DNA of 28,451 bases, taken from NCBI GenBank assembly GCA_964248365.1, contig CAXTYC010000007.1:1-28451 (forward strand). The letters are read 5' to 3'. Positions within the stretch are counted from its first letter, which is position 1, and each line of letters begins with the position of its first letter. The notes below the pieces were generated by a model. The model did no database searches. It saw only the letters and a list, made by a program, of their open reading frames with translations, and had not been told where the DNA came from. The position numbers were made by a program, and so were the translations under genes. The stretch is from an uncultured Chroococcidiopsis sp. (lineage in GTDB: Bacteria; Cyanobacteriota; Cyanobacteriia; Cyanobacteriales; Chroococcidiopsidaceae). Positions 27,100 to 28,451 of this stretch are shown in pieces.

Positions 27100-28451
27100 C
27101 TACACTGTGCGCCCCTCAGCCCGACCGTAGCGAAGGTAGTGGTCACAGCCACTCTTGACTACTCCATCTTTTATCGCTTGGGCTACATCTGGATTATCTG
27201 CTAAATAACGACTGTTGTCGAACAAGCTGCTAGGATTGCGACCTTCTGCTTCACCATAGCGGATGAAGTGCTCGAAGCCACTGCTAACTATTCCAGCTTT
27301 GACCGCTTGGGCTACATCTGGATTATTGGCTAGATAATAGCTTTCATCAAACAGTTGTAGGTTGGGCTGACGACCCTCAAATTGCCCGTAACGAAGGAAG
27401 TGGTCACAGCCACTCTTAACTATTCCAGCTTTGACCGCTTGGGCTACATCTGGATTATCTGCTAAATAGCGACTGTTGTCGAACAAGCTGCTAGGATTGC
27501 GACCTTCTGCTTCACCATAGCGCTCGAAGTGATCCAAGCCACTGCTGACAATTCCAGCTTTGATCGCTTGGGCTACATCTGGATTTTGTTTGAGATAGTA
27601 GTTTTCGTCAAACAGGATACTGGGATTACGACCTTCTGCTTTACCATAGCGCTCGAAGTGATCGAAGCCACTGCTGACAACTCCATCTTTGACCGCTTGG
27701 GCTACATCTGGATTTTGTTTGAGATAGTAGCCCTCGTCAAAAATTAGAGCATCAAGGTTAGCAGACTCGTTCTGCCCACTTTGGAGAAACTGGTCACGTT
27801 GAACCTGGTTGAAGACTCCGGCAGTCGGGTTAACCGTTAGATCAACGCTGCTGCTAGCAGTGCCTCCGTGACCATCATTGATTGTGTAAGTGAAGCTATC
27901 CGCGCCTTGGAAGTAGATGTCTGGCGTGTAAGTAAAGGTATTGTCCTTGTTGTTAACCAGTGTACCGTTTTTGGGTTGAGAGAAGCTACTAATGCTCAGT
28001 AAGTTGCCATCAACGTCAGTATCATTACTCAACAAGCTGGCACTGCTAATGGTTATAGGTTCGGCTCTATCTGTTGTGAACCGATCAATATTGGCAACAG
28101 GAGCATGATTGGCATTGGCAACACTAAGATCAAAACTACCCGTTGCTGTTTTACCACCAGTGTCAGTTGCAGTTAGCTCAATCGTGATTGGCTTACTTGT
28201 AACATCTCCATTGGTAGGTTTCCCGCTGAAAGTGTTAGTATTTGTATCGTATTTTAGCCAGCTGGGTAGCTTAGATGCGACAATCGTGAGTTTGTCTCCA
28301 AGATCAATATCGGTGAAGGCGTTGCTTGGTAATTTGAAAGTAAATGCCTGATCTTGTGTTGCACTCTGTGGTGCGATCGCCTTAGCATCAAATACCGGAG
28401 GATCGTTGACATTGGCAACATTGATGGCGAAAGTATCGCTGGCTGTGGTAT
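27100..28451 (-). CDS. Large surface/secreted protein (5' partial): putative-Ig/dystroglycan-type cadherin domain, cadherin-like Ig domain, five YLxxNPDVA repeats
   Basis: The frame is open to the window edge: ..NVNDPPV..AFTDIDLGDKL..LPSWLKYDTNTNTFSGKP..TATDTGG..NHAPVANID..LLSNDTDVDG..DSFTYTINDGHGG, then five 40-44 aa repeats. Confidence 0.9.
   Translation of the reverse strand, partial: TTASDTFAINVANVNDPPVFDAKAIAPQSATQDQAFTFKLPSNAFTDIDLGDKLTIVASKLPSWLKYDTNTNTFSGKPTNGDVTSKPITIELTATDTGGKTATGSFDLSVANANHAPVANIDRFTTDRAEPITISSASLLSNDTDVDGNLLSISSFSQPKNGTLVNNKDNTFTYTPDIYFQGADSFTYTINDGHGGTASSSVDLTVNPTAGVFNQVQRDQFLQSGQNESANLDALIFDEGYYLKQNPDVAQAVKDGVVSSGFDHFERYGKAEGRNPSILFDENYYLKQNPDVAQAIKAGIVSSGLDHFERYGEAEGRNPSSLFDNSRYLADNPDVAQAVKAGIVKSGCDHFLRYGQFEGRQPNLQLFDESYYLANNPDVAQAVKAGIVSSGFEHFIRYGEAEGRNPSSLFDNSRYLADNPDVAQAIKDGVVKSGCDHYLRYGRAEGRTV

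Overview
Cyanobacterial chromosomal DNA: more than 20 HIP1 octamers (GCGATCGC), heptamer STRR tracts and photosynthesis genes. The backbone is housekeeping: ftrV, a YdcF/DUF218 gene, a phosphotransferase/P-loop kinase, rplY, purA, adenosine deaminase, the pdxA<-/->petM-ycf39-nadK-nblR-DUF192-DUF2949 cluster, a class V aminotransferase, trpC, lpdA, dacB, and the 3' part of a large Ig/cadherin surface protein. Accessory material is concentrated in three places. (1) At 1-982, the 3' end of a group II intron sits in a GNAT pseudogene, and the intron's own ORF is cut by a TA-ended IS/MITE terminus. (2) At 7518-8265, a CHASE3 sensor pseudogene is split precisely by a 331-bp non-coding element. The element has a 5-bp AGGAA direct repeat, sub-terminal (not terminal) inverted repeats and nested internal stems, and is the strongest candidate for an undescribed mobile or RNA system. 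(3) At 10714-12437, an orphan CcaR-like response regulator is followed by a G-box-like triple repeat, a candidate sRNA, a CheR relic and a MITE. Also notable are a stand-alone NusG-NGN-like gene between lpdA and trpC, a DUF6888/DUF6887-like overlapping pair, and several modular small repeat families, some of which contribute codons to PdxA. All family assignments come from motif recognition by eye; no database search was run.
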